Notes under the pieces: generated by a model
Seen by the model: only the letters and a program-made list of their open reading frames with translations
Told to the model about the DNA's origin: nothing
The model's database searches: none
Shown here: positions 10,422 to 23,815 of the stretch, piece after piece
Position numbering within the stretch: the stretch's first letter is position 1
How the letters are laid out: each line of letters begins with the position of its first letter
Translations under genes and position numbers: made by a program
Source of the DNA: Octopus vulgaris
Taxonomy: Eukaryota
Assembly: GCA_951406725.2 (NCBI GenBank)
Contig: OX597835.1
Span: 33,294,001 to 33,358,000 of the forward strand
DNA length: 64,000 nt
Reading direction: 5' to 3'

Positions 10422-11369
10422 ATATATTTAAATGGATGTGTGTGCGCCAGTGCGGACGTAGAGATGTTTTTGTGTGTCGTGTAGCACTGTGACTGACTTG
10501 GTCCAGTGTTTATGTGTATTTGTGCGCTGTCTGACTTTTGACTAATGGAAGTTGAATGATTTCGACGGTGGTTTCTTCGTCTCTGTGGTCAGATACTACG
10601 GATGCAAAGCGGGAAGCAACGAAGAGAGAAATGATGCCCTCCTAATAACCGCTTATCTGTTTCGTCGAGCATCTATCGTCGTCAGGTTTTACTTTTTACA
10701 GCGAGCTGGATGATACTACAGACTTAGGAATATGTAATGTGGTTGATACGTACGACCAAAACATTCAAGGTGGTGCTGCAGCATGGTCACAGTTCAATGA
10801 CTGAAGCAAGTCAAATAAATAATAGATGACAATATAAAGGTACATACCAACACTTTTTCGACGTTTCTAGGTGCGTATATGGTAATATATTAGTATATTT
10901 GGTTACATACATAATCTACCAGCACGTGTTACAGGTATGAAGTGGAAAGCCCTACTGACGATTGATTATTCAGCTTTGGAGACGGACAGATCAGGTAGCA
11001 TATTATGAACGGAGTGTAGTAAGCGTGGGCTAAATATGTTGTGAGGTTCTGACTTGTGGGTTGGGTGAAAAGACGGCATGGGTGTGATGTGATGGTGTGG
11101 GGATAGTGGTAGGAAAGGTATTTGTTGGGGGAAGCGTAGCATGGCTAGCTGTGGGATGGGATGGAGTAGAAGCAGGGAGTAAGGGTGTGTATTTTTTCTT
11201 CTCTTTTTTGCTAACAAAAGAGGATCGCTGGTGGAGTTGAATAAGGGGAACGAAGCTTTAGGTGTGCCACAGATCTTGTAGATGTCCGATTAGTGTCCTA
11301 TGTAATATATAATTGTTGATATTGAAAACCCCGACTATATTTTTCAAATTAGCAAATTCTAAGGCATAT

Positions 11370-12020
11370 GAGCAGGCAGGATCGGTAGCGCATCGGACAA
11401 AATACTTAGCGACATTTCTTCCGACATTTTCCTAAGTTTAAATCCTGTCGAGGGCAAATTTGCATTTCATTCCCCTTCGAGTTCGATGACATGAAGTATC
11501 AGTCAAATACTGGATCGATGTTATCGACTTTATCCTTCCTCTTCAATATTACTGGGCTAGAATCTTGCAATGGGCCGCCGTCCTTTTCAGAGGCAATATT
11601 ATAATCTTAGTTGTGTTTATACCAAGGAGAAGGCGGCGAGCTGGCAGAAACGTTAGCATGCCGGGCGAAATGCGTAGCCGTATTTCATCTGCCGTTACGT
11701 TCAAATTCCGCCAAGGTCGACTTTGCCTTTCATCCTTTCGGGGTTGATGTATTAAGTACCAGTTACGCACTGGCGTCGATATAATCGACTTAATCCGTTT
11801 GTCTGTCCTTGTTTGTCCTTTCCGTGTTTAGCTCCTTGTGGGTAGTAAAGAAATAGGTATTTCGTGTGTCTTTAGGTTCCGTGTCCAAATGCTACCGAGG
11901 TCGGCATTCTTTCATCCTTTTGGGGTCGATAAAATAATTACCAGTTGTGGATTAGGATCAATGCAATCGATTTACACACTCCGACCCACGACATTTCAGG
12001 TCCTGTGCCTATAGTAGAAA
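11370..12020 (+). mobile_element. cluster of family A SINEs (young copy 11632-11855 plus older degenerate copies)
   Basis: Repeated Nin core; the young tail aaagaaata abuts ggtatttcg of an older copy. Confidence 0.8.
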
Positions 12021-12623
12021 ACATATGCCATGGGAATCGGTAACCGGCTTTATGATAATTAAGTCTCAAGGAAAAAGGTTTTCTCGTTATTTAGCCTCAA
12101 ATAGGAATCGCTGTAAAATACGTTTCCTTGACATCATACAAATAACCGTACACAACTCACACACAAAAGCACAAACTCGTATATGAAGGAGCAAAAAATA
12201 CGAAATCGCTGGCTACAAGACAAATATTACAATCGAAAATAAAACCATTTAACAGAATCAAACCAAATAAAAACGCTATTTTCTAATTATATTTGAAGAA
12301 TTAAAATAACTGTACATATTAACAACCTGGAGATAACAGCATTACGTGAACCGCACAATTCTGTGTCTGGACACCGTATTACCATATGCATAATACAGAT
12401 ACGGAACTTTATTTCAAGAGATATAGAGACTGGTAACAAAAGAATAAGGAAAACGAGGAAATTTAGCAATAAATTTTGGCAAAGATTTATGGTCTGGAAT
12501 CATGTTTTTGGCAAGGTCAGTCTTGGTCTCTGCATCAGCTCTATGAATAATCAATGTGGTTTCTCGTTAGTGAAAATTTTCCGCCTTTTGTTGTTATTTT
12601 CATATATATGTATATATATATAT

Positions 12624-12685
<62 letters not shown>

Positions 12686-12827
12686 TACATATATAGATGT
12701 ATATGCATGTGTGTATATATGTATTTATATAGGTATGTATCTGCAGAAATAGGATAGAATTGTATTTATTCAGAAAAATAGATTCATTACACATGCATGA
12801 ATACGTATATACATATTTACATACACG

Positions 12828-12880
<53 letters not shown>

Positions 12881-12995
12881 GTATACATATGTATATGAAT
12901 ATATATGAGTCTGTGTGAATATACATCTGTTTATATACATCTGTTTTTATATACATATAAATATATATATATATACTCACACACGCACGCAACAC

Positions 12996-13300
12996 ACAGG
13001 GTGCGGTGAATAAACTGTCGTCTAAATTAGGCAACACTGAAAATAGCACTGGGTAGTTTGGTGGCCAGATTTTAAGGTGGCTGTGGTCGCAGAAATTGTC
13101 TGATAACCATGATTGAGCTCTCATTATTGTGAGACATGATGCAGTGTTCTGTTGCCAGACAGAGTCTTCCAGCAACCACCCTCTTCGCCCAGGGCAGCAG
13201 TACCTTCTCCTGGCACTTGATGTAGGCCTCCATGTTGAGCCTGAGACCGTGTGGGAAGACGAATAGAGGCATAACGTCGCCATCACTTGTTTGATATTCA
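12996..13300 (-). mobile_element. Tc1/mariner maT (DD37D-like) transposase fragment with terminal CAGGGTG
   Basis: Translates to [41 protein letters not shown] and WQQNTASC...[10 protein letters not shown]...IWPPNYP, typical of the maT catalytic domain; acagggtg near 12996. Confidence 0.7.
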
Positions 13301-13624
13301 TCAGTCTCGGCACATGTCCTCAGATTGCACTCTCCTGAGATTGACACCCAAATACTCTGAAATGTTCGGATTAGAGCTTCCGGCGTGAATGCCAAAGAGA
13401 ACAGCATGTCGTTTCCCAAAAAAGTTGACTATTGAAAAGTTTGCAAGACGCAACGAACATTTTAGAAAATTAAAGTGGAAATTTTACCGGTGAGTGTGTT
13501 AAATTATAAGGCACTAAAAGAGAATGACTCTCCCCAGACACAGCAGAATATGCTTCAACACACGAACTCACATAAAGAATCTCACAAACCAAATCCAGAA
13601 ATTATATATATACATATATATATA

Positions 13625-13832
13625 TAGTTAATCCAAACAAGAAAGCACAAAAAAACACAACAACGCGAGGACGTGGAACAAATATAGTATTATTGGACGC
13701 TCAGGAAAGGAGGAAAGAAGGAGGGCTTAACGTTTCGAGCGGAGCTCTTCGTCGGAAACATAGGAGAAGGAAAGATCCAGAGAAGGGAAGACAGAGGAAA
13801 AAAATCGCCAACGGTACACACGAGGTCACATT
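13625..13832 (-). mobile_element. Penelope-like pLTR fragment with hammerhead-like motif (13725-13759), between (TA)n
   Basis: Minus strand GTTT-CCGACGA-A-GAGC-TCC-GCTC-GAAA-CG-TT-AAGC; both flanks are TA repeats. Confidence 0.6.
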
Positions 13833-14389
13833 TATATATATATAAATATAATTAATATAACTCTTTTTTTATATATTTCACCCCCATAGTCAAAAATTTA
13901 TTTTATACTTTCAAAGAACTACTACCCAATCCAGTGAGATATGTGTTACCTTTGTCCCTATACCTCGCCCTCCTCTTTCTCTCTCTTTCTCCCTCTATCT
14001 ATAGTAAGCACAATCAAACACACAGACACAAACCGTTTACCTCACCACTGTCTGTTTAATGACATCCACCCATCCACAAACACAATCACGCACACACATA
14101 CACACACTTTAATGCAGTTATATACAGTCACACACACAGACACTCATTCACAAAAGAAAATTCACCATTCATTTGAACTGCACCCTTTCACCTTCCTATT
14201 CTTATGCCTCCTACTTCGTTTGAACTCTTGAACCTTTAGAACCTTCTAGAATTTTCTACATCCAACCATTTTGACGTCATTCCTTATAAAGGAATTTTTT
14301 AAAGAGACACTCATTATCGCTATGGGCTCCGTGTGAGCAGTCATCTAAAAGTTTTTTGTGCATCTTGATGTTGACATAAGTTCCTTGCT

Positions 14390-14472
14390 TTTTACTGACG
14401 AGAAAGCGGCATAATATACTCCTTATTCCTTCGCAATTAGGAATATGCAGCCTTCGAAACATATGTCGAAAA
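14390..14472 (+). ncRNA. type I hammerhead ribozyme motif (PLE pLTR remnant)
   Basis: TTTTA-CTGACGA-GAAAGCGGCATA...TATGCAGCCTTC-GAAA-CATATG-TC-GAAAA; 10 of 12 stem II positions pair; palindromic stem III; (TA)n ~45 bp downstream. Confidence 0.7.
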
Positions 14473-14509
14473 TAAAGGAATTTTGTTAATTCGTCGTTCA
14501 ACTCCATTC

Positions 14510-14554
<45 letters not shown>

Positions 14555-14581
14555 GTTGCGGGGACAAACACAGACACACAA

Positions 14582-14662
<81 letters not shown>

Positions 14663-14664
14663 TA

Positions 14665-14780
14665 GGGTCATATCACGTTGAAAGCGCCGGTTCTCATCTG
14701 ATCACCGATGTCAAACAACATCGAGCCTAGTTAGTGCTTAGACGGATGAACGCTTAGTAAATCTCGGTGCTGTAAGCATT
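14665..14780 (+). pseudogene. 5S rRNA pseudogene
   Basis: ggtcatatcacgttgaaagcgccggttctcatctgatcaccgatgtcaaacaacatcgagcctagttagtgcttagacggatgaacgcttagtaaatctcggtgctgtaagc aligns with invertebrate 5S rRNA with many substitutions; single copy, 5' end lost in (TA)n. Confidence 0.85.
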
Positions 14781-14984
14781 CCGTTTAATAATTATATATA
14801 TACAGTCTTATTGAGTGCTTGTCTCTTTAGGACATCTATGCAGGGAAAGCACTAATGTATACATACAAAAACAAACGTATAAAATGACATCTGCATTTTC
14901 ACTCGAGGATTCACAATCTAATTTCTTGGGTACATACATAATTTCTGAGGAATTCTATGCCAAATCTTACACACAAACACATAT

Positions 14985-15128
<144 letters not shown>

Positions 15129-16014
15129 CATTTCATGAAATCAAGAAAGATAGTTTAGTGGACTTGCCAAAAGAGCTGGCAAAATCTTCAGACAGGGAAT
15201 AGTAAGCAGGAAAGAAATTAATGAAAGACAACAGGATTTGATATTCACTATGTTTGATAACTGCAGTTTCTCAATAATTTTTGCCTTGTCAAGGTTTTCG
15301 TTAAGAAATGCTCCGTCCGTAACGTTGGATTTTCCACCCTTCACGGCAAGATCTCTATTCATTTTATCGATTTTTCTAAATAATATAAGTCATTCTGACA
15401 GGCCAAATCTTATAACTTTTTGGGCGTCTGTTTGATATATACATGTATGTGTTGGTGTGTGTATGTGTGTGAGTGTGTGTGATTGTGGATGTGTGTGTGT
15501 CGATTTAATACAAAATTACGAAAGAGCTATTAATAGTTTCATGTTTTATGATACATTAAATTCTGCGATTCATAAAACACACCATGCATCTTCAATCTTT
15601 CAAGTTCTGTTCATGTATTTTAGAAACCAGGACGCTAGAGTATGAGAAAATAAGAAAAAAAAACGATTAAAAAAAAACAGCGAAGATTGGTGCAAAATGT
15701 GGAACTAGAAGAAACAAACAACAAAAAAAAGACGTTAGAAAGCAGGTATATTCTATCACTTTCATTGTAGAAATCATAATGTATCTGTTATATTCTTTAG
15801 CACCAGCTACATTATTCGATCTGTTGACCGATTGATTAAGCAGAACTATGAACGCAGCTGTATACCAGAAACTGCTGAAAGTAAAAATGCACAAATAATA
15901 AAATATGTAAAGCACATTATTTATGCATATGTATGCATGTATGTATATATTATGAAGGCAAGTAAGTATGCATATATACATGTATGTATTGACATATATA
16001 TGCTTATATGTGCG

Positions 16015-16065
<51 letters not shown>

Positions 16066-16083
16066 GCTCATATATGTGTATAA

Positions 16084-16134
<51 letters not shown>

Positions 16135-16226
16135 GATACACATACGCACATTTAAATATACATATGTGTGTGTGTGAATACTTACACATATGAGTGTTGT
16201 CTGTATGTAAGTATATAGATACATTC

Positions 16227-16561
16227 AGGAGACTCCTTCGGTCACGAATGACCGTGCGAGTGCACCTAGAATTCCCACTCCCCGAGGCACAAGTCCATGC
16301 AATACTGTTGGTGGAAGGCCAGCAGTGTCCCATGCATACCAGCCTCCCCTCTCCACGCCACCGATGTTATCTAAGGGAAAGGGAAAGGCCGATACAGCTT
16401 GGCACCAGTGACATTGCAACTCATTTCTACAACTAAGTTAACTGAAGCAACATGAAATAAATTGTCTTGGTCAAGAACACAACACGCAGCCCGGACCGGG
16501 AAAAGAACTCACAAACTCACGATCATAAGCTTGACGCTCTAACAACTGAGCCATGCGCCCT
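16227..16561 (-). mobile_element. family D tRNA-derived SINE
   Basis: Minus-strand head ggcgcatggctcagttgttagagcgtcaagc; body homologous to 46112-46400 and 47708-47785. Confidence 0.75.
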
Positions 16562-16935
16562 CACATAAATACACATTAGCATATATATTAGTGTATTGAT
16601 GCTGCTACGATATAGCTCGGAGAGAAACATTTGAAGACCAAGATTTTGATATCACAATAAACTGAAATACGGCCATCCAGCAGAATTCCTGTCCAAGACG
16701 CAATAGGGTAAGCAGGCGAAACTTAGATTACATTTGTGTGTCTGGACACTACCGAAGTCCTAAATGAATCAAGGGGTAGATCAATTCAGTAACATTTGGT
16801 TAAAAGTGTATCGACTTTCTCGAAAAACAAGATAGTTGCCACGAAGTTATAATCAACCGAATGTTCAGCTCTTATTTGCTGACTCACAGACACACGCAGG
16901 CATCATGACGTATATATTCCTGCCTCATATATATA

Positions 16936-18227
16936 CGAGGGGTGTTCAATATGTAATGCCCCTGACCCACTTCCCATAGCAGTAGAGCAACGAAACTTGA
17001 CACAGTTATTAGTCTTTTTCTACATAGGAACCACCCAGAGTTACGCATTTCTCCCATCGTTTGATGCAGCTCTGAAGACCGTTTCTTGTAGAAGACCCCA
17101 GCTTGGTCCTCCAACAACGACGTGACTTTAGAAATCAAGGCTGCATCATCTGGGAAACGCTTTCCTTTCAAAAACAACTTCATGGCTGGGAAGAGGTGAA
17201 AATCAGAGGGTGCAGGTCAGGAGAGTAGGGGGAATGGGGGATGAGTTCATAGCCGCACGCTTGTGCTTCTGATCTGGCGACACGCGAGTTGTGGATCGGA
17301 GCGTTGTCCTGCAGGAGGAGGATGCCTTTGCTGATCTTGCCCCGCCTCTTGATTTTGATAGCTTCTCTTAATTTCCTCAAAAGTAAAGCATAATAGACTC
17401 CTGTAATTGTGGCACCCTTTGCCCGGAAATATGTCATCACTATTCCGTCCTGGTCCCAGAAGACTGTGAGCATGACCTTGCCAGCGGAGGGCTGCACCCT
17501 TGCCTTCTTTGGAGGAGGTGAGTCACGGTGCTTCCACTGCATTGACTGGGCTTTGGTCTCTGAATCGTAGTGATTGACACAGGTTTCATCTTGTGTAATC
17601 AGTCTTTTGAAAAATTTTGTCTCATCTTCTTGGCACATCTTCAAATTCATCCCCGCGCAATCGACGCGTTCTTGCTTCTGGAAAGGTGTGAGCAACCTGG
17701 GAATCCATCTGGCAGACACCTTTTGCATATGCAAATGGTCATAAAGTATAGTTTCCACAGACCCGGTACTAATCTTGACCTCATGGGATATTTGGCGAAT
17801 AGTTATGCGTCGATGTTCCAAAATGGCAGCCTCAACTTGACGGACAGATGCCTCATCAATGGCAGAAGGGGGCGACCAGATTTGGGAGCTGTTTCCACAA
17901 AGTTCCGACCATGTTTGAATTCACGATGCCAGCGTTTTACAAGGTCATATGATGGGGCATCATCACCATAAGTTACTTTTATTTCATCAAAAGTCTCCCG
18001 TGGTGTGCGTCCTTTCAAATAGAAAAAACGCATCACTGCTCGACACTCAACAGGCTCAGTTTCACACTTGACTCAGTTCAAACACCTGTACATCAGAAAC
18101 CACAATTAGTTCAGAGCTGTAATTTGCCACGTAATCTATAGAGATATAAATAATTGCACATGCAAAATTTCAGCTAGATCAAAGAACGGCAAGTGGGTCA
18201 GGGGCATTACTTATTGAACGCCCCTCG
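16936..18227 (-). mobile_element. full-length mariner DNA transposon (~1.29 kb)
   Basis: 37-bp TIRs cgagggg[t/c]gttcaata[t/a]gtaatgcccctgacccactt (2 mismatches); TA TSDs at 16934-16935 and 18228-18229. Confidence 0.95.
17009..18060 (-). pseudogene. mariner (DD34D) transposase, frameshifted
   Basis: Three overlapping ORF pieces: HTH region, WIPRLL, ITQDET, LLQDNAPIH, PHSPYSPDL; ends GSYVEKD*. Confidence 0.9.
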
Positions 18228-18272
18228 TATATGTGTGTGTGTGCGTGCGTGCGTGTGTGTGTGTGTGTGTGC

Positions 18273-18307
<35 letters not shown>

Positions 18308-18440
18308 AGGAAGTTCGCTTCGCAACCACATGGTTCCAGATTCACCTTAGTCAAGGGTCTTCTATCATAGCTTCTGGCTGAATAAAGCCTTGTGAGCGAA
18401 TTTAGAAGACAAAAACTGAAAGACGTCTGTCATACATAAT

Positions 18441-18489
<49 letters not shown>

Positions 18490-18574
18490 TATGTATATAT
18501 ATATATGCATACGTATACACACACGTATATATATATATATATATTTACACATATATATATATACGTATATACCG

Positions 18575-19519
18575 GTTAATAATCTGAATGGAGGCAACAC
18601 AAGTAGAAACTAGACACTACAACTCCAGTCTGTATTTTATTAGCATTAGCGATCTCATAAAGTAGTTTATTATATATATATATACACATATAAATATAAT
18701 AACAATTTAATAAATAAAACATATGCATACATACATATATATATATGTGTACATACCTACATCTATATGTATATATACATGCATATATGGGTACAGGATA
18801 CCACAAATAAATGTAGAACACAACGAGAAACGAAAACATAAAAACAAAACATGGAAACGGACTTTTTTTAACAACGAAACAACAGACTACAAGATATACA
18901 ACACAAGGAACATTCCCCTTCTTCAGCTGCCCCTGTTTCGACTCAATGCCTGTTTCGAAGGTAAGGGCAGGACACGACCCCGCCGAAACAGTCCTTTCCG
19001 CAAAGCAAACCAAACAAAATTTGGGATTTTTTTGCGGAGGGGTAAAAAAGTGACAAGACCAGGACAGTAAAAGCAATAGAAATAAAGATAAAAACAGTAA
19101 AAGACAGGGCAATGAGAAACAAACGATAAGGGTTTTTTAAGCCAAGACGGTGGAAGAATTCATTCGAACGCATAGAGAGAACGGCTTACGAAGACAGGAG
19201 AGGCCGTTGTTGACTTGTTGAAGGCAGTAGTCTGAAAGAAAGTTAGTAGCCCTCTGGTCAGGAGGAGGAGTGAGGGAGAGAGGGAACGGAGAAAGGGAGA
19301 GGAGAAGAAACCAGAAAGGATGAAAAATAAGAGAGGGAGAGAGACAGGTAGAGAGGAAGACAGACAAGCAGGGAGGAAAGGTCAAGTAAAGAGTTAAGAG
19401 TGCGGGCTTGATGTTTCGAGCTTACGCTCTTAAACAGCAATGACCGAGAGGGGAAAAAGTTGAGAGTAGGAAAAGAAGGAGAGAGAAAACAGTGTTTAGG
19501 AAGTGACGATTCAACATGA

Positions 19520-19520
<1 letters not shown>
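18575..19520 (-). mobile_element. probable degenerate PLE-derived 3'/pLTR fragments between (TA)n tracts
   Basis: Complex sequence bounded by TA repeats; degenerate hammerhead ctgtttaagagcgtaagctcgaaacatc at ~19410-19437 (minus). Confidence 0.4.
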
Positions 19521-19582
<62 letters not shown>

Positions 19583-19629
19583 ACATATGTGTCTATACAT
19601 ATAACATACTGGATCGTTGAATTGTCCAA

Positions 19630-19775
19630 GTATTTGTTCTATTCTTTTCTCTTAGTCCTTTCTGTTGAAGAGTATAAGCTCGAAACGTAACTCATTTTTC
19701 CTGACCGTCAAAATAATACATTTACTCGCTGTTCCTACACCTGCCTTTGTCTTTTGTTTTACTATGAATTCCAAC
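19630..19775 (+). mobile_element. PLE pLTR fragment with hammerhead-like motif (19658-19690)
   Basis: ctttCTGTTGAAgagtataagctcGAAAcgTA; homologous to 34960-35110 (minus). Confidence 0.55.
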
Positions 19776-19826
19776 TACACACACACACACACACACACAC
19801 CACAGACACACATGTATCTCTCTCTC

Positions 19827-19905
<79 letters not shown>

Positions 19906-20304
19906 CACTATGCGTCTTATTCAGCGGAGAAAAGGTAATTAGCAAGTGCTCTGAAAGACTAATAAGATGCAAGCATAAAGTGAGGTGCATATTTTCACAA
20001 CTGGTATAATTAAATAATTATGTATTGTCAATAGTGATAGCCCGCTAGTTAAAGCTGCTCTCCGGTTGACATACACTAATACAGGTGTTAATTATACGTA
20101 TTATATCTTTATTTTCAGAATCGACCGTGTAGCATGTTCTCCAATTTGTACCTAATTGTATGCAAATTTCCATATACTTGTGCCTGTCACGAGCGAAGAA
20201 CAGGTAGGGAATAGGTACTTCGAAAGACTTGATAGGCAAAATTAGATTGAAGACTAAATTTTAGTGATAAGGGTAATTAACTGGATAATCAATGAATGCA
20301 TATA

Positions 20305-20610
20305 CACCGTCTCGACTTATGGGGGTCGTAAGTCGATCTGGTCGTATGTCAGATTTGTATTTTTTAACACTATTTTCATTCAAAGTCATCTGATGCTTGA
20401 AAGCGACTGTGTGAGAGTTGAGGCAAGCAGCGGATGCCTGGGTCTGGTGGGGGAGACCAACCTTGCTAGATGCTGCCATAGTTATTGTACGCGTAGCTGC
20501 CCAACGTCTGAAAATTGATTTTCTTATTTATAAATTTCATTTTATTTAATTTTTGTGGTCTTAAGGCGGATGGTCGTAAGCCGCATAGGCCGTAAGTCGA
20601 GAAGAATGTG
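20305..20610. mobile_element. Tigger/pogo-like MITE
   Basis: Imperfect TIRs cacc..ctcgactta / taagtcgag..gtg and internal ggtcgtaag subterminal repeats; homologous to 48322-48624. Confidence 0.7.
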
Positions 20611-20773
20611 TCTATGGAGTATGTATTTATCGTCTGAATCCACTGTATAGTATGATATTGAAATCGTATCTTTTGGAAGAATATTTCCTTGTATTTGTGC
20701 ATATCACCATAAGAAAATACTGATATGTTACTCGTTGCCTGAAAGACTATTTGTGGACACGTACAGGTTTTGC

Positions 20774-20870
20774 GATATTTGTACGTATGCAAGTGAATAG
20801 ACGTGTTGTGACATTTGTACGTATGCAAGTGGATAGACGTGTGATATTTGTACGTATGCAAGTGGATACA
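20774..20870. repeat. tandem repeat, ~33-bp unit x3
   Basis: gatatttgtacgtatgcaagtg[a/g]atagacgtg repeated three times. Confidence 0.85.
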
Positions 20871-20973
20871 CAAGCGAAAGTGAAGCCAGTACAACCATCC
20901 GTCTACGTAAATGAACCGATATGAAGACAAACTATCTGCCTGTGTTTGGACCGATATGAGCATAAACTATTAA

Positions 20974-21185
20974 ACAGGGTGGGACACGTGTCCGACAGGT
21001 ACCATTCGGTCCGTGGTATCTTAGCATATTTTTTCTCTTCAAGGGAAGCCATGGTACTTTGGACGATAGAGCATCGCGTGTTTGCCTATAACATTTACGT
21101 AGAAGATAGCTAATCTGTTACAGGTGTTCAGTGCGAGTTTTGGCGCCACTTCAACATTCACCGAAATCAGGCTGTTCCCACCCAT
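20974..21185 (+). mobile_element. 5' fragment of a Tc1/mariner-superfamily transposon with DUF4817-type HTH
   Basis: cagggtg terminus; from ATG 21051: MVLWTIEHRVFAYNIYVEDS*SVTGVQCEFWRHFNIHRNQAVP. Confidence 0.65.
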
Positions 21186-21781
21186 GACAATCCTACCTAG
21201 TTTTGAAATTTTAATAATGAAGTGTATATAAGCGAATATGAATTTTTAGGCATATATCTATGCATGGGTATCTATATAAATGTAAAGATAAAATGGAAAG
21301 ATCGCTCAGAGTATGTTTGAATGTCCGATTACGTTTTGTGTTTCGATTTTCGCTCTATCTATGGTTGCTTTATGGTTTTTATTTGGCGGTTTTCATTATC
21401 AGTGTAAAGCATATTTGATTAAGTACTCTATTTTGATTACTATTTTATCTTATTTTTTGATTCTGTGTAAGTGTTCTTTTATCATCCAAGTTTCTCATGT
21501 ATATGAGTAGCAGACGATAACTAGTAAAATGTATTCTAATGGAAATAAGCGAAACCGGTTAAAAAATTGCGATAACTTTTTCCAAGTGACCGACGAGATA
21601 TCTCGGCACCTATGATGCACTGTAAATGTTTGTACATCACCTCATGCACGAGGCGCCTGATGCATGGTGGGTGGAAACGATCGTAGTGGATAATAGTCTC
21701 GTCAATTCCATTCTCTTCCTCTCATACTTTATATAATTATATAAAATTATATGTACATATATTTATGCACACACCCACACA

Positions 21782-21866
<85 letters not shown>

Positions 21867-22304
21867 TCGTGTGTGCCAGCATTTGTGTGCAATGGTGTGT
21901 ATAGTTCTCTTCACAATGAACTAACGATCTGGCATCAGAAACATCGCCGTCACACGATACACATTTCTATAACCAAAGCAGCACGACTTTGCTGATTGAA
22001 TGGAGAGCTCTGTTGATAGCAAGACAACTTTATAAACTAATTGCTTTCATTTCAATTGTAATGACTTTAACTACCGACTTAGATCGCTTCATGAATATTA
22101 ATTAACCATTGATACATGATTACAGATGCTCTCTACTCCCAATAGATATTGACATAGTTTAGCCTCACTTTATAAGAGCAATAGCATTTCTTAATTGAAA
22201 TATTAATGGCGCTTTTAAATATTCACCTTGTTAAGCCAGTAGCTTATTATTCTAGTGAATGTAATACTAACTATTGTTGCTATAACTGTTTTTATTATCA
22301 TAAA

Positions 22305-23815
22305 GGCGCCGAGCATGCAAAGTCGTTAGTACACCGGGCAAAACGCTTGCGATCTTTCGTCCGTCCTTAAGTTCTCAGTTCAAATTCCGCTGGGGTCGTC
22401 TTTACTTTTCCACCCTTTGGGGGTCGATAAAAGAAGTACCGTTTGAGCACTGCGGTTGATGTAATCGACTATCGCCCTCCCCTAAAACAAATTCCAACCT
22501 TGTGCCTATTGTAGGAAAGAGTATTTAGGCGCGGAGCAGGCAAAGAGTCGTTAGAGCGCCGGAGGAAATGCTTAGTGGCGTTTCTTCGATGTTACGTTTT
22601 CAGTTCCAATACCGCCTCGTTTGAGTTTACCTTTCATCACTTCTGGGTCGATGAAATATATACCAGTTAAGTACTGGGGATCAATGTACTCAACTTATCT
22701 CCTACCTTGAATAGACTGAACTTGTGCTAAAATTTAAGCCGTTTTATTGATGCAACGAGCTGGCAGAATCGGTAGCGCACCGGGCAAAATTCTTAGCGGC
22801 ATTGCCTCTGTCTTTACACTGTGTTCAAATTCTACTGATATCTATTTTGCCTTTCATTCTTTCGAGGTCGATAAAAAAATGTACCAGTTGTGTAGTGGGG
22901 TCAATATAATCGACTAGCATCTTCGCTGAAAATGTCAGGCCTTCATTAGAATGGGTTGCTAATATTAGTGAGGCAGCGATCAGGCAGAATCGTTAATACA
23001 AAAGGCAAATGCATTCCTGCCAGTTTTATGCTTTGAGTTCAAACATCACCTTGATCAAATGGGATCTTTTCGGTTTGAACGGCAGTTTTTTTTTAATAAT
23101 TTCCACGTAACTAAACACTTTTAAACTTCGTATATTGGTAGAATGTGTTTATAAAACATCATTTTCTCTTGGCTTTATTGAGAAAATTCTATAGTTTGTA
23201 AGATATTTGTTGTTGTTTTTTCTTCAATTTCTGCAATTTCAACCAAACAATGACATCTATTGAGGTGGAAACATTCTGTGCCGTATGAACATGTCCCCCG
23301 TTTAAGAAACAGATTAGATATATTTACATTTCTGAAGAAAAAAAGGATACCCTTCCCCCCACCTCTAACCCTAACCCTAAAACAGATTGAAATGCAATAG
23401 ATCGATACTACGATCATAATTATGGGTGACAATTTCATATGACACCGCTAGAAAAAACTGCCGTTCAAACCGAATAGATCCATCAAATGTACCTTTCAAC
23501 TCCTCGGGGTCGATAAAATAATTACTTATTTTGCCCTGGGAGCGATCTATTCGACTTAGCCTCATCCCTCAAAGTTCCTGGCATTATATCAAAATGTGAA
23601 ATAATTCTTTTTAAGGGGTTCTGACAGAACAGTTAGTACGTCGGCAGAAATATTTAGTAACATTTCTTCCAGTGTAACGGTCTCAGTTCAAATCCGGCCA
23701 AGTCCCATTTTGACTTTCATCCTTTCGGGTCAATGAAGTAAATGGCTGTTGAGCCCTGGCGTCAGTGTAATCGCTCAGCCGCCTCCCATGAAATTTTAGG
23801 CCGTGCGCTTATAGT
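22305..23815 (+). mobile_element. array of ~5 old family A SINE copies (one split by a MITE)
   Basis: Repeated degenerate gagctggcagaatcgttag / ttcaaattccgc / ggggtcgataaa motifs. Confidence 0.75.
23062..23481 (-). mobile_element. MITE with ~28-bp GG-terminal TIRs, 8-bp TSD and internal (CCCTAA)n (Merlin-like), copy 1
   Basis: TIR ggatcttttcggtttgaacggcagtttt; TSD atcaaatg at 23054-23061 and 23482-23489. Confidence 0.9.

Noticed and set aside
10966-11330. Pro/His-rich minus ORF with an upstream LYYIG resembling GIY-YIG
   Set aside because: Too degenerate to support a call.
15141-15435. Short complex ORFs between microsatellites
   Set aside because: No recognisable motif, and stops upstream in frame; probably a decayed repeat fragment that cannot be assigned.
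18905-18970. Possible type II hammerhead (CCTTC-GAAA...CTGAAGA-AGG on the minus strand)
   Set aside because: Stems I and III do not pair convincingly in this copy.
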